From: an uncultured bacterium
Lineage (GTDB): Bacteria > Bipolaricaulota > Bipolaricaulia > RBG-16-55-9 > DRJF01
Direction: 5' to 3'
Assembly (NCBI GenBank): GCA_913053845.1
Contig: CAJXGD010000006.1
Span: forward strand, 713 to 64,712
DNA length: 64,000 nucleotides
Below the pieces are notes generated by a model, which had not been told where the DNA came from, made no database searches, and saw nothing but the letters and a program-made list of their open reading frames with translations. A program made the position numbers and the translations under genes. Each line of letters starts with the position of its first letter. Position 1 is the stretch's first letter. This document shows positions 28,008-36,958 of this stretch, one piece after another.

Positions 28008-29303
28008 ATGAGCCAGGGAGGGTGCATGAAGTTAATGAAACATACTATGAGACTGCTAAAGCTAGGGAGAAAGGCGAGCTTGACGCTGGGGCTAGGTCTG
28101 CTGGCTGTGGTGCTGGCCGGTTGTGCGGCCTTCTTCGCTCAGGCGCCGATCGCGATCATCTCGGCCACACCGACCAGCGGTGAAGCCCCTCTATTGGTCG
28201 GTTTTGACGGCTCCGGCTCCTTCGACCCCAATACCAACGGGGTGCTCACCAAATACCAATGGGATTTCGGTGATGGCAGCGCCCTGGCCCTGGGAGTGAC
28301 TCAGAGCCACTCTTATAAAGCCAATGGGACCTTCATCGCCACCCTCAAAGTGACCAATAATTTCGGGAAAGTTGGGGTTGATCTGCTGCCGCTCACCGTA
28401 GGCAAGCCGAGCATCTTCTTCAGCAGTGATCGCGGCGGGAACTACAACATCTTTCGCATGGATACCAACGGGGGCAACCAAGCTCAGGTTACCAACTACG
28501 CTTCAAGAGACGCCCTCTGGCCGGCTCTGCTGCCCAATACGCGCGACCGCCTGGCCTACTCCCACGAGGTGCAAAACCCTGATCTTACCACTCGTTTCCA
28601 GCTCTTCACCTCCCAGGTTGATGGCACCTTGCCGGCCCAACTCACGACCCAATCGAGCTCCAACAGCATTCAACCCTCCTGGTCACCCAATGGGAGCAAG
28701 ATCGCCTTCGCCTCCGACCGGGACAAGGCCAGTTGCGGCTGCTGGGGGATTTATCTCATGAACTCCGACGGCACAGGAACGGTGACCCTACGGGTGCAAT
28801 CGGGGAGCAACAACTTCGCCCCGGCCATCTCGCCCGATGGGAAGAAGATCGCCTTCGCTTCCAACAGCTCCGGCAATTATGAGATATATACCATGGATTT
28901 GGATGGCACGGGCGTGGTCAACATCACTAATAATACGCACAATGACGGTGGACCGCAGCTCACCGACTCCGACGGCCTGCCGGGCGCTCCCTCGGCGGTG
29001 CCCTTCTCCGGGCCGAGTTGGTCCCCCGATGGCACCCAGATCGCCTTCACTTCCAATCGCGACGGACCGGACCTGGACGTCTTCATCATGAACGCCGACG
29101 GCACTAACGTCATTCAACTGACCTCGAGCAGCGCGGACGATTACGATCCCTTCTGGCTACCCGGCGGCGGCGAGGTGGCCTTCGTCTCCACCCTCTCCGG
29201 CGGCTCGCCGCAGCTCTGGAAGATCAACACTACTAGCCATGCTCAGGTGCAATTGACCTCAACCGGCACCAATCTCAACGCTGCCGGTGCGAAGAATCCG
29301 TAG
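28008..29303 (+). CDS. secreted lipoprotein with a PKD domain and TolB-like beta-propeller repeats
   Basis: Lipobox VVLAGC; PKD signature (ATPTSGEAPLLVGFDGSGSFDPN..YQWDFGDGS); repeated IFFSSDRGGNYNIF / IAFASDRD / IAFASNSSGNYEIY / IAFTSNRDGPDLDVF blades. Confidence 0.65.
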   Translation: MSQGGCMKLMKHTMRLLKLGRKASLTLGLGLLAVVLAGCAAFFAQAPIAIISATPTSGEAPLLVGFDGSGSFDPNTNGVLTKYQWDFGDGSALALGVTQSHSYKANGTFIATLKVTNNFGKVGVDLLPLTVGKPSIFFSSDRGGNYNIFRMDTNGGNQAQVTNYASRDALWPALLPNTRDRLAYSHEVQNPDLTTRFQLFTSQVDGTLPAQLTTQSSSNSIQPSWSPNGSKIAFASDRDKASCGCWGIYLMNSDGTGTVTLRVQSGSNNFAPAISPDGKKIAFASNSSGNYEIYTMDLDGTGVVNITNNTHNDGGPQLTDSDGLPGAPSAVPFSGPSWSPDGTQIAFTSNRDGPDLDVFIMNADGTNVIQLTSSSADDYDPFWLPGGGEVAFVSTLSGGSPQLWKINTTSHAQVQLTSTGTNLNAAGAKNP

Positions 29304-30894
29304 ACGGGCGTGAAGGCTTATCAGGTAGGGGCACGGCATGCCGTGCCCCTACGGTCATGATCCAGAGCCCGGCCACGCCCAGCAACCCCAGCGCCAGATA
29401 GATGAACCAATCGCCGTAACGCACATAGGGTGTCAAGTCAGCCCTCAACTGCACCTGGCCGCGCAACAGAGCGGCCTGAGCGACCGCACTACGCCTCACG
29501 ATGCGCCCACGCGGGCCGACGATGGCTGAGAGGCCGGTATTGGCGGCCTGAAGAAAATAGCGATCGGTCTCAATGGCCCGGTAGACCCCGAAAGCCAAAT
29601 GCTGCGGCAAGGCCCAGCTGCGCTTGAACCAGGCATCGTTGGTGATGGTCACCAGCAGGCCGGCACCGCGGCGCACCAGCGCTCGGCCGATGCGGGGAAA
29701 GATTGACTCGAAGCAAATGTCCACCCCCAGGCGTCCCCAGGGGGCCTCCAGGGGGCGAAAGCCGGCACCGCGCTTCAGCTCACCCAATCGCCCGATGGGT
29801 AGCCAGCGAGAAAAACCCAGCCGGTTGAACAGGCCGATTCCCGGAAAGTACTCGGTGCTAAAGGGCACCAGTTGCACTTTATCGTAAGTTCCCAGCAGCG
29901 TACCCCCGGAGGAGAGCAACGCGGCGGTATTATAAAATCCTGTGGGCCTGGCATCTATCGTCCCCAGCAGCAGGGCAGTGCGCCGCTCGCGAGCGTAGCG
30001 CTCGAAGTAACCCAAGATCAGCCGGTCATGCAGCACGTAAGTAGGCAGAATAGACTCCGGCAAGATGACCAGATCGGTTGACCCTACTGGGATTCGCGCC
30101 AGCAATTTCTGATATTGCGCCAAGAAATCGCTCAAGTAGGCCCGGTCGCCCCGCAGGCGCTGGGGGATGTTCGGCTGGATCAGCGCCACCCGCAGCGCCG
30201 GCTCCTGGGACAAGGGCCGGCCGAGGCGCGCGGCTCCCCAGCCCCAGACCAGGCCCAGCACGATCAGGGCCAGCGCCGGATAGCGCCAGCGGTGCCGGCT
30301 CAAGCCCAGATAGAGCAGATAATTTATTAGCAATATCAAGAAGGAGATGATCCAGATGCCACCGAGCGCCGCGGCCTGAATCAGCGGCAGCTCCCGGTAG
30401 GTCGCTTGGGCCAGTTGGCCCCAGGTGAAGCCGAAAGGCCCCAGGGCGCGCAGGAACTCCAGTAGAGTCCAGAGGGCCGGTGCGATTAAGACCATCGCCC
30501 AAACGGGCAATCTCCGGTTAAACCAAGCATAAAAACTGCCGAAGGCACCCCAATAGAGGGCCAGATAGCCCACCAGCAGGAGATAGCCGGGGATGATCAG
30601 CAGGCCAGCCCAGTCCCAGAGGGTGTAGAGCCAGTATAGTAAGAAGGCGAAGAAGCAGGCTCCGGCGACGGCACCCAACTGAAGGCCGCGCCGCGGCCTC
30701 TGGCCCTGCAGGGCGAAGCAAAGCGGGACAAGCGCGACCCAGCTTAAGAAACCCAGCCCTGGGCCGGGCATGCTCAGCGCACCCAGCACCCCGGAGAGAC
30801 CGGCCAACAGCCAGGGCAGCACACTCATGCTGAAGGTCGCGGCTCTTCGGCCCGGTGGGGCGCTCGGCCGTGTGAGGGGGTCCTCAACGCTCAT
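29275..30894 (-). CDS. lnt: apolipoprotein N-acyltransferase
   Basis: 539 aa; N-terminal polytopic region plus C-terminal CN-hydrolase domain with catalytic E (ILPESI), K and C (VDICFESIF). Confidence 0.8.
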   Translation of the reverse strand: MSVEDPLTRPSAPPGRRAATFSMSVLPWLLAGLSGVLGALSMPGPGLGFLSWVALVPLCFALQGQRPRRGLQLGAVAGACFFAFLLYWLYTLWDWAGLLIIPGYLLLVGYLALYWGAFGSFYAWFNRRLPVWAMVLIAPALWTLLEFLRALGPFGFTWGQLAQATYRELPLIQAAALGGIWIISFLILLINYLLYLGLSRHRWRYPALALIVLGLVWGWGAARLGRPLSQEPALRVALIQPNIPQRLRGDRAYLSDFLAQYQKLLARIPVGSTDLVILPESILPTYVLHDRLILGYFERYARERRTALLLGTIDARPTGFYNTAALLSSGGTLLGTYDKVQLVPFSTEYFPGIGLFNRLGFSRWLPIGRLGELKRGAGFRPLEAPWGRLGVDICFESIFPRIGRALVRRGAGLLVTITNDAWFKRSWALPQHLAFGVYRAIETDRYFLQAANTGLSAIVGPRGRIVRRSAVAQAALLRGQVQLRADLTPYVRYGDWFIYLALGLLGVAGLWIMTVGARHAVPLPDKPSRPSTDSSHRQR

Positions 30895-30941
30895 GCGCCC
30901 ATGCTAGCGCAGCCGGGCCGGCGCAAGCAAGCAGGTGGGCT

Positions 30942-32267
30942 CTAACTCTGCCGGCTCAGCCAGATAATGCGCCGCAGCACTTCTAAGTGGTTGAGCAGAG
31001 CCAGGGTTACTAGGGTGAAAAACGGCAAATTGAGCAACGCGCCCAAGGAGAGCAGCAACAGGCGCAGGTCGCGACCCAATCTCAAGGGCCGTCGGCCTTG
31101 CTCTAGGCGTTTCTTGAGGAATTGATCGTACTTATCGGCCGTATAACTGTTGAGCAGCACCCCAGAGAGAGCGGCCAGCGCCCAGAGCCAGCTAGCGGCC
31201 GATGGTGCAATCAGCCAGAGATGATAGCTCAGGCCGCCGATGAGCAGGCCATCGGCGTAGCGGTCGAGCACCGCATCCAACCAGCCGCCGAACTCGCTGG
31301 CCTGGAACTTGAGCCGAGCGATCTCGCCGTCGCAGCCGTCGCTGATCGAGGCTATCTGGGCCAAGAGGCCGCCAGCGGCCAAGGCGGCGTAGCCCGGTAG
31401 GGCCATGAGCAGCGCACCCAACAGGGCCAGCCCGAAGGAGAGCAGCGAAAGATGATTGGGCCGCAGTCGTCTAGATCGAACCAGCCAGCGGCTCAGTTGC
31501 AGGGAGAACGGTCGATTGAGATAACGGGAGACCGGCCCATCGGTCGGCTTCTTGAGTTGATCCAGCAGCGCGGCTTCGGCGGCGCGCAAGGCCTGAGGCG
31601 TGTCCACATCGAGCCAGAAGCGGCCCTTGACCTCCAGGGCCTTGGCGCGTCCGGCCTGGGCCAAGCGTCGCACGCCGGCCGAGAGCGATCCATCCTCCGG
31701 CAGCGTTGCAGCCAGCGCCGGGAATATCCGGGGCGAACAGAGGAAGATGCCAGTATCAAAAGCATCATAGCTCGGCAACTCCTTGCCGATATCAACGATG
31801 CGGTCGCCCTGGAGTCGCACCTTGGTCGCGTCGTCCAGGTCGCAGTATCCTGCCGGCGCGCGGTCCACCGCCAGCAGCAGGTCCGCGCCGTCGAGCGAAG
31901 CGGCCTCGAGCTCGGTGATAATCTGGGGATCGAAGAGATGATCGCCCATCAGCAACAAGAAAGGCTCTTCCAGCAGGTCTTGGGCGGCCAAGACGGAGCT
32001 GCCGTTGCCCTGCTGCCAGTGGGGGTTTGCCAGATAATGCAGTTGCACGCCCCAGCGCCGGCCATCCCCCAAGGCCTGCCGGAGCCCGGCACCCTGGTAA
32101 CCGGTGACCAGGTAGAAGTCACGCAGACCCGCTTGCCTGGCCGTGCGGATCACTCGCTCGATCAGCGGCAGGCCCAGCAGGCGGGCCAGCGGTTTGCTCT
32201 GTGCTTTAGCCCGCAACCTCCGCCCGGCCCCAGCGGCTAGGACCAAGCACTTCGTCGCTCTCTTCAT
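30942..32267 (-). CDS. bifunctional CTP:inositol-1-phosphate cytidylyltransferase / di-myo-inositol-1,3'-phosphate-1'-phosphate synthase (IPCT/DIPPS)
   Basis: N-terminal sugar-phosphate nucleotidyltransferase fold (CLVLAAGAGRRL..KPLARLLGLPLIERVI); C-terminal membrane domain with CDP-alcohol phosphotransferase motif DGEIARx8GGWLDAVLD; adjacent to the MIPS gene. Confidence 0.75.
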   Translation of the reverse strand: MKRATKCLVLAAGAGRRLRAKAQSKPLARLLGLPLIERVIRTARQAGLRDFYLVTGYQGAGLRQALGDGRRWGVQLHYLANPHWQQGNGSSVLAAQDLLEEPFLLLMGDHLFDPQIITELEAASLDGADLLLAVDRAPAGYCDLDDATKVRLQGDRIVDIGKELPSYDAFDTGIFLCSPRIFPALAATLPEDGSLSAGVRRLAQAGRAKALEVKGRFWLDVDTPQALRAAEAALLDQLKKPTDGPVSRYLNRPFSLQLSRWLVRSRRLRPNHLSLLSFGLALLGALLMALPGYAALAAGGLLAQIASISDGCDGEIARLKFQASEFGGWLDAVLDRYADGLLIGGLSYHLWLIAPSAASWLWALAALSGVLLNSYTADKYDQFLKKRLEQGRRPLRLGRDLRLLLLSLGALLNLPFFTLVTLALLNHLEVLRRIIWLSRQS

Positions 32268-33366
32268 CGGCCAGTTCTCCCATGATGAAGCGCTCGACCA
32301 GCTCCTTGGCCCGGTGGTCCGGCAACTGGAGTGGCGGGTGCTTCATGAAATAGGCTGCAGGTCCCTCGAGGGCACCACCGATCCCCCGCTCCAGGGCCAG
32401 CTTGATCACCCGGATGGCGTCGATGACGATGCCCGCCGAGTTGGGCGAATCCTCCACGCTGAGCCGCAGCTCCAGGTTCATGGGGACGTCGCCGAAGAGC
32501 CGCCCTTCCATGCGGATGAAGGCGATCTTATTGTCCTTCTGCCACGGCACGTAGTCGCTGGGGCCGATGTGAATATCCTCGGCCGGCAGCTGCTGGGCCA
32601 GGACCGATTGCACCGCCTCGGTCTTGGAGATCTTCTTCGACTGCAGGCGCTGGCGGTCGAGCATATTGAGGAAATCGGTGTTTCCTCCGGTATTGAGCTG
32701 ATAGGTACGGTCGAGCTGCACCCCGCGATCGGCGAAGAGCTGACCGAGCAGCCGGTGGGTGATGGTCGCCCCCAGCTGGGACTTGACGTCGTCACCGATG
32801 ATCGGCAGACCGACTTGGCGGAAGCGTGCCTCCCAGGCGGGGTCGGAGGCGATGAAGACCGGCATGCAGTTGATGAAGGCCACCCCAGCTTTCAGGGCGC
32901 ATTCGGCGTAGAAGCGCACGGCCTTCTCCGAGCCCACCGGCAGGTAGTTCACCAAGATCTCGGCGCCGGAGCGCCGCAGCTCCCGGACGATCTGGGCCTG
33001 GCCGGGTTCCGGCTCGTCGGCCGGCAAGAAAGTTCGTGAGTCGTCATAGTCAGCCATGTGCGGAGAGACCCCGTCGAGCACCTGTCCCATCCGCACCGTC
33101 ACCCCGCTGGGGGGAAGATCAGGAGAAAAAACAGTAGTACAATTGGGCGGCGCAAAGACAGCTTCGCTCAGGTCCCGACCGACCTTGCGCGCGTCTATGT
33201 CGAAGGCGGCCAGCACCTCGATATCCGAGGGCAGATAGCCACCCAACTCCCAATGCATCAGGCCGATGGCCCCTTCGGGGTTCTTGTGGCGATAGTAATG
33301 GATGCCTTGGACTAAGGCACTGGCACAGTTGCCCACACCACAGAGGGCAATCTTGATCTTATCCAT
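32206..33366 (-). CDS. ino1: myo-inositol-1-phosphate synthase (archaeal/thermophile type)
   Basis: Rossmann N-terminus MDKIKIALCGVGNCASALVQG, conserved NAD/catalytic blocks (..TGGNTDFLNML.., SKKISKTEAV..); start set at MDKIK (the ORF track extends to 33399). Confidence 0.8.
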   Translation of the reverse strand: MDKIKIALCGVGNCASALVQGIHYYRHKNPEGAIGLMHWELGGYLPSDIEVLAAFDIDARKVGRDLSEAVFAPPNCTTVFSPDLPPSGVTVRMGQVLDGVSPHMADYDDSRTFLPADEPEPGQAQIVRELRRSGAEILVNYLPVGSEKAVRFYAECALKAGVAFINCMPVFIASDPAWEARFRQVGLPIIGDDVKSQLGATITHRLLGQLFADRGVQLDRTYQLNTGGNTDFLNMLDRQRLQSKKISKTEAVQSVLAQQLPAEDIHIGPSDYVPWQKDNKIAFIRMEGRLFGDVPMNLELRLSVEDSPNSAGIVIDAIRVIKLALERGIGGALEGPAAYFMKHPPLQLPDHRAKELVERFIMGELADEESDEVLGPSRWGRAEVAG

Positions 33367-33468
33367 TGATCTTCTCCTTTCGTCATTTGAGCAACACAAA
33401 TCTCCCCAGACACATTCCCTAGCGTCTGGGTATGCACCCAGCTTCCCGCGCGACCGTCTAAGGTTCAG

Positions 33469-33760
33469 GTGGTTGTGAGATTAACCAGAATGACACGGCC
33501 TAACTTCACTATAATACCTTGGCAGGAGCGTGTCAAGCCTGCCAAGCTGTCGTTGGGGAGCCGGGCGATCTACAAGCTGGTCAAGCACCTATTGGGCGAG
33601 CAGCGCTATGAGGGCAACCTCGCACAGCAATCCCTCAAGGGTAGGCCCATGCTTGACGGTTAATCATGACTTGCTATAATGACGCCGAGCGGCTTTCCGT
33701 GGACCCTGCCATGCGGCACGTGGTGGGCGGCAGGGCCAAGGAGCGGAATGGCGGAAAATT
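33469..33760 (+). pseudogene. possible IS5-family transposase N-terminal remnant (frameshifted, truncated)
   Basis: Two frames carry fragments resembling the IS5 transposase N-terminus (TIIPWQERVKP..GNL in one frame; AERLSVDPAMRH in the next), recalled from the IS5 pattern ILPWQ...ARLSLDSALPD; no DDE domain follows. Confidence 0.25.
33653..33680 (+). promoter_or_regulatory. candidate sigma70-like promoter (TTGACG-16-TATAAT) directed toward the DUF211 and VIT-like gene pair
   Basis: -35 at 33653-33658, -10 TATAAT at 33675-33680. Confidence 0.3.
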
Positions 33761-33837
33761 GGCGATAAAGCGCACTAAAACACAGGGAAACTATTAGGTA
33801 GCCACACTCTGAGATATTTAGTCAGGGGGTTAATCCT

Positions 33838-34176
33838 ATGCAATACGGCTTTAAAAAACAAAAAAGTGATCCTGAAACTGGGAACACCTCAATGAATATC
33901 CGTCGCCTTGTACTTGATGTGGACAAAAGCTTTTCTCTCCCCTCGCTTCTGGACATCGCCAGGAGTATAGACACGGTCGCCGGGGTAGAGGCCTTTAATA
34001 TCACGGTTGAGGAGATAGATATGGAGACGGTGGGCACCGTCATAACGGTCGAGGGCAACAACATCGATTATGCCGGTCTGGTAAAGGCCATCGATGCAAC
34101 TGGCGCGGTAGTGCATTCAGTTGATGAACTGGTAATTGGAAGTCACATGGTCGAATTTGTCAGGCGCCATCGGTGA
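33838..34176 (+). CDS. DUF211-family protein (hypothetical)
   Basis: 112 aa; IRRLVLDVDK..AGVEAFNITVEEIDMETVGTVITVEGNNIDYAGLVKAIDATGAVVHSVDELVIG fits my recollection of the DUF211 pattern (RRLVLDVLKPH..VEGV..V.V.EVD..TE...ITVEG..ID...I...IE..G..IHSIDEVV.G). Confidence 0.45.
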   Translation: MQYGFKKQKSDPETGNTSMNIRRLVLDVDKSFSLPSLLDIARSIDTVAGVEAFNITVEEIDMETVGTVITVEGNNIDYAGLVKAIDATGAVVHSVDELVIGSHMVEFVRRHR

Positions 34177-34700
34177 GAAACTACCTCTTATTCCCCCTGT
34201 CAGTCGGGCTCGCGGACGGAATCATTACTGCGCTGATACTTACGGCGGGAGAGATCCTGCATGTCGGGGGCCATATCGGTTTCGGTCTGGCCCTTCGCAT
34301 CGCTGTTGGAGTGGCTCTCCCGAGCGTCTTTACCTTCTTCGTTGCTAACTATGCCAGGCTCCGCCGGGAGTTGGTACATGCCTCGAGGGAGCTCAACTTG
34401 GACTCCCCCATGCACTTGATAGATAGCCACCTGGGCCGAATCATCGTCCGTAAAGCGCTTATAGTGACCTCGGTCGGAGCTGTCTCCGGCTTTGCCGGTG
34501 CCCTCTTACCACTCCTGGTCAGCGTTCTGATACCGAGTCCCGCGTGGCTCACGATCGCTGCAGCTATCCTGGCATTAGGCGTCTTCGGGGCGAGTCTTGC
34601 AATCTCCGTGCGTGGAAATCCTGTATATTGGATGGTTGCTCTAGTGCTTGCAGGGGCACTGGTCACGATTATTGGCAGTGTACTTCACATCGTGAGATAG
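34173..34700 (+). CDS. small polytopic membrane protein, VIT1/CCC1-like (putative Fe/Mn transporter)
   Basis: 175 aa, ~5 TM helices; N-terminal LSVGLADGIITALILTAG resembles the VIT motif FNDGLTANFGLIMG of the MbfA-like protein at 7849; 4-nt overlap with the DUF211 gene. Confidence 0.35.
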   Translation: MRNYLLFPLSVGLADGIITALILTAGEILHVGGHIGFGLALRIAVGVALPSVFTFFVANYARLRRELVHASRELNLDSPMHLIDSHLGRIIVRKALIVTSVGAVSGFAGALLPLLVSVLIPSPAWLTIAAAILALGVFGASLAISVRGNPVYWMVALVLAGALVTIIGSVLHIVR

Positions 34701-34743
34701 TGTCTGCAAGGTGATTGTAGAGAGGTTAAGAGGCGATCCGATC

Positions 34744-34999
34744 ATGCGCATCCGTGTTCAGCTTATAGCGCAACAACTGCCCTCTGAAGAAGTACGCGTT
34801 GCTGCATGGCGCCTGGCCTGCCTGCTCCGATTTGACATTGAGTCTCGACCAGGCCTATATTGCGCGTAGAGGGGGCAAGATCTACAAGCTGATCACGCTG
34901 GGTCATGAGGCAGGCTTGGGGAAGAAGAACTCGATGGGCTTTGGAATGGTGGAGGTGGTTTTAGCCCAGCAAGGAGGGAGAGCGAATGGCAAGCGCTAA
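34744..34999 (+). pseudogene. possible cas6 relic (N-terminal ~40 codons and C-terminal glycine-rich-loop fragment in different frames)
   Basis: Frame 1: MRIRVQLIAQQLPSEEV.. (Cas6-like N-terminus) ending at an in-frame stop; overlapping frame 2 ends ..ITLGHEAGLGKKNSMGFGMVEVV, matching the Cas6 G-rich loop consensus GhGxxxxxGhG near the C-terminus. No CRISPR array in the window. Confidence 0.3.
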
Positions 35000-36395
35000 A
35001 CAGGCCCGGATGGTCAAGGCGGTGGAACGAGCAATGCGCCGGGTGGGCCGCCAGGTGCTCCAGGGAGCGGCCTGGGAGGGCTGCATGAAGATGTGGCGGG
35101 ATTTCAGCGACCAGACCGACATCAGCCGCACGCGCAAACCCGAGGCCTGGGCCGCGGCGCTGGCCTATACCTACGAGCGGATGCGGCTGGGACTGACCAG
35201 TCAGGAGGAGGTGGCCCGCACCTTTAAGGTCTCAGCCATCACCGTAAGCCAGAAGTACCGTCAGATCACCGAGACGCTCAAGCTGCTGTTGCTCGATCCG
35301 CGCTACATCCCCGCGGCGATGCGCAGCCGGATTCGGCGTGAGGAGGGACCCGTACCGGAGGATCTGCCGCTCAGGGAAGCTCCACCCTGGGGCGGATGGG
35401 GCTGGCAACCGCCGATTGATTCTTTCGAGGAGTGGTTGGCAGAGCTAGAGACTGGACCATTGCGTCGAGCGCAGGACTGGGTCTATCAGGGGTGGGACTC
35501 CTGCGATGACCTGGAAGAGGCCGAGCGTTGCTTCCGCGAGGCGCTGCGGCTGGATCCTACTCTGGCCGATGCGCATAACGGCCTGGCCGAGGTGGCGCTG
35601 ACCGGCGATCATCTCGCTGCGGCTGAGGCCCATTTCCGGCGGGCTTATAGCCTGGCTCGCGAGGCGTTGGGGAGCGAATCCCCGCAAGCATGCCACTGGT
35701 GGGGGGAGTTGGAGACACGGCCCTATATGCGGGCACGGGAGGGGCTGGCCCGGGTCTACTGGAGCGAAGAGCGCTATCGGGAAGCGATCGCCGAATATGA
35801 AGCGCTCTTGCACCTGAACCCCAATGATAATCAGGGAGCGCGCTATCTCATCGGTAGCCTGTATCAGCTTGCCGGCGATCTGGAGGGCGCTTTGTGCGCC
35901 TATCAACAGTATGAGCAGGACTACCCTGATGACACGGGCGATCCGCAGCAGACCTTTTGTTGGGGTCTGGCGCTCCATGAAGCGGAGCGCTACGCAGAAG
36001 CGATCAGCCGCTGGCGTCAGGCGATCTTCCAGAATATCTACATTGCGCCGCTGCTGCTGGCAGAACAGCCGCCGCAGGAGGATATTTGGCTGTTCACCGA
36101 TCTGGCTTGGCCGGCTTACGCGGAGGACTATCTCGCAAATTATGGCGAGTTGTGGGAGCGGGCACCACGAGCGCTGGAGCGTTTACGCCGCCTGTGGCAT
36201 GATAAAGAGCTGCAAGCGGAGCTGAAGCGCTGGTTGGCCTTGGGAGAGCGATTGCAGGAATTGTCGGATGCTGTGCGGCAGTCAGACGATGAGAATTCTC
36301 CTCGCAGGCAAGAGTGGAAACGCCTGAGTGCCGAGCAGCGTAAGATCGAAGAACGCGCTGCCAGTAAGGAATTACTGCGGCGGGTAGGGAGATGA
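34986..36395 (+). CDS. TPR-repeat protein with N-terminal HTH-like segment
   Basis: 469 aa; HTH-like TSQEEVARTFKVSAITVSQKYRQI, then several TPR-like helical repeats (..AEAHFRRAYSLA.., ..YREAIAEYEALLHLNPNDNQGARYLIGSLYQLAGDLEGAL..). Confidence 0.55.
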   Translation: MASAKQARMVKAVERAMRRVGRQVLQGAAWEGCMKMWRDFSDQTDISRTRKPEAWAAALAYTYERMRLGLTSQEEVARTFKVSAITVSQKYRQITETLKLLLLDPRYIPAAMRSRIRREEGPVPEDLPLREAPPWGGWGWQPPIDSFEEWLAELETGPLRRAQDWVYQGWDSCDDLEEAERCFREALRLDPTLADAHNGLAEVALTGDHLAAAEAHFRRAYSLAREALGSESPQACHWWGELETRPYMRAREGLARVYWSEERYREAIAEYEALLHLNPNDNQGARYLIGSLYQLAGDLEGALCAYQQYEQDYPDDTGDPQQTFCWGLALHEAERYAEAISRWRQAIFQNIYIAPLLLAEQPPQEDIWLFTDLAWPAYAEDYLANYGELWERAPRALERLRRLWHDKELQAELKRWLALGERLQELSDAVRQSDDENSPRRQEWKRLSAEQRKIEERAASKELLRRVGR

Positions 36396-36405
36396 ACCCG
36401 GTCTA

Positions 36406-36461
36406 GGTCCTGATTTGACATCAGGGTTGAGCTGAAGGACCATATCCTATAAGGTTGCACT
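36406..36461. repeat. direct repeat DR-L flanking the HEPN/MNT cassette
   Basis: ~56 bp; core TCAGGGTTGAGCTGAAGGACCATATCCTAT is 31/32 identical to the copy at 37363-37392; ends 1 nt before the MNT start codon. Confidence 0.6.
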
Positions 36462-36926
36462 ATGGACATCGAAGCCCTCGCAGCCAAATTACACCCCGTC
36501 CTATCTACCCGGCCGGAAGTGCGACTGGCCTATCTATTCGGCTCGGCTGCCCAGGGCCGCACAAAAAATAAGCTCAGCGATCTTGATATCGCCGTGCTGG
36601 TGGACGAGGACTATTACGAAGCTCACAAGGGAGGCTTTGCCTATGAAGCGGATTTGATCAACGATCTAGTCCAGGCACTGCGAATGAACAGGATAGACCT
36701 CGTCCTGCTGCACAAATCTCCACCCCTGCTGGCTCACGAGGTCATCCGCAAGGGCCGGTTGCTCTTCTGTCGCGACGCTCACGAGCGTGTCATCTTTGAG
36801 GTGGAGGTTATGAAGCGCTACTTGGATACCCAGCCGCTACGTCAGATCAAGCGCCAGTATCTCTACGAACGCATCGAGCGCGGCGCATTCAGCGAGGTGA
36901 AGCTACCATTGTCAACCGAGAGGTAA
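36462..36926 (+). CDS. minimal nucleotidyltransferase (MNT/MntA-like antitoxin of a HepT/MntA-type TA pair)
   Basis: 154 aa; GS..x9-13..DxD pol-beta NTase motif (LFGSAAQG..LSDLDIAVLVD). Confidence 0.75.
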   Translation: MDIEALAAKLHPVLSTRPEVRLAYLFGSAAQGRTKNKLSDLDIAVLVDEDYYEAHKGGFAYEADLINDLVQALRMNRIDLVLLHKSPPLLAHEVIRKGRLLFCRDAHERVIFEVEVMKRYLDTQPLRQIKRQYLYERIERGAFSEVKLPLSTER

Positions 36927-36958
36927 TCGAGGCGCACCTGGGGAACATAGCGCTTCAT

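Noticed and set aside
33400-34000. CRISPR array or other cas genes near the putative cas6 relic
   Set aside because: Scanning by eye found no regularly spaced 25-40-bp direct repeats anywhere in the window; the only repeats are palindromic REP-like elements and the TA-flanking direct repeats.
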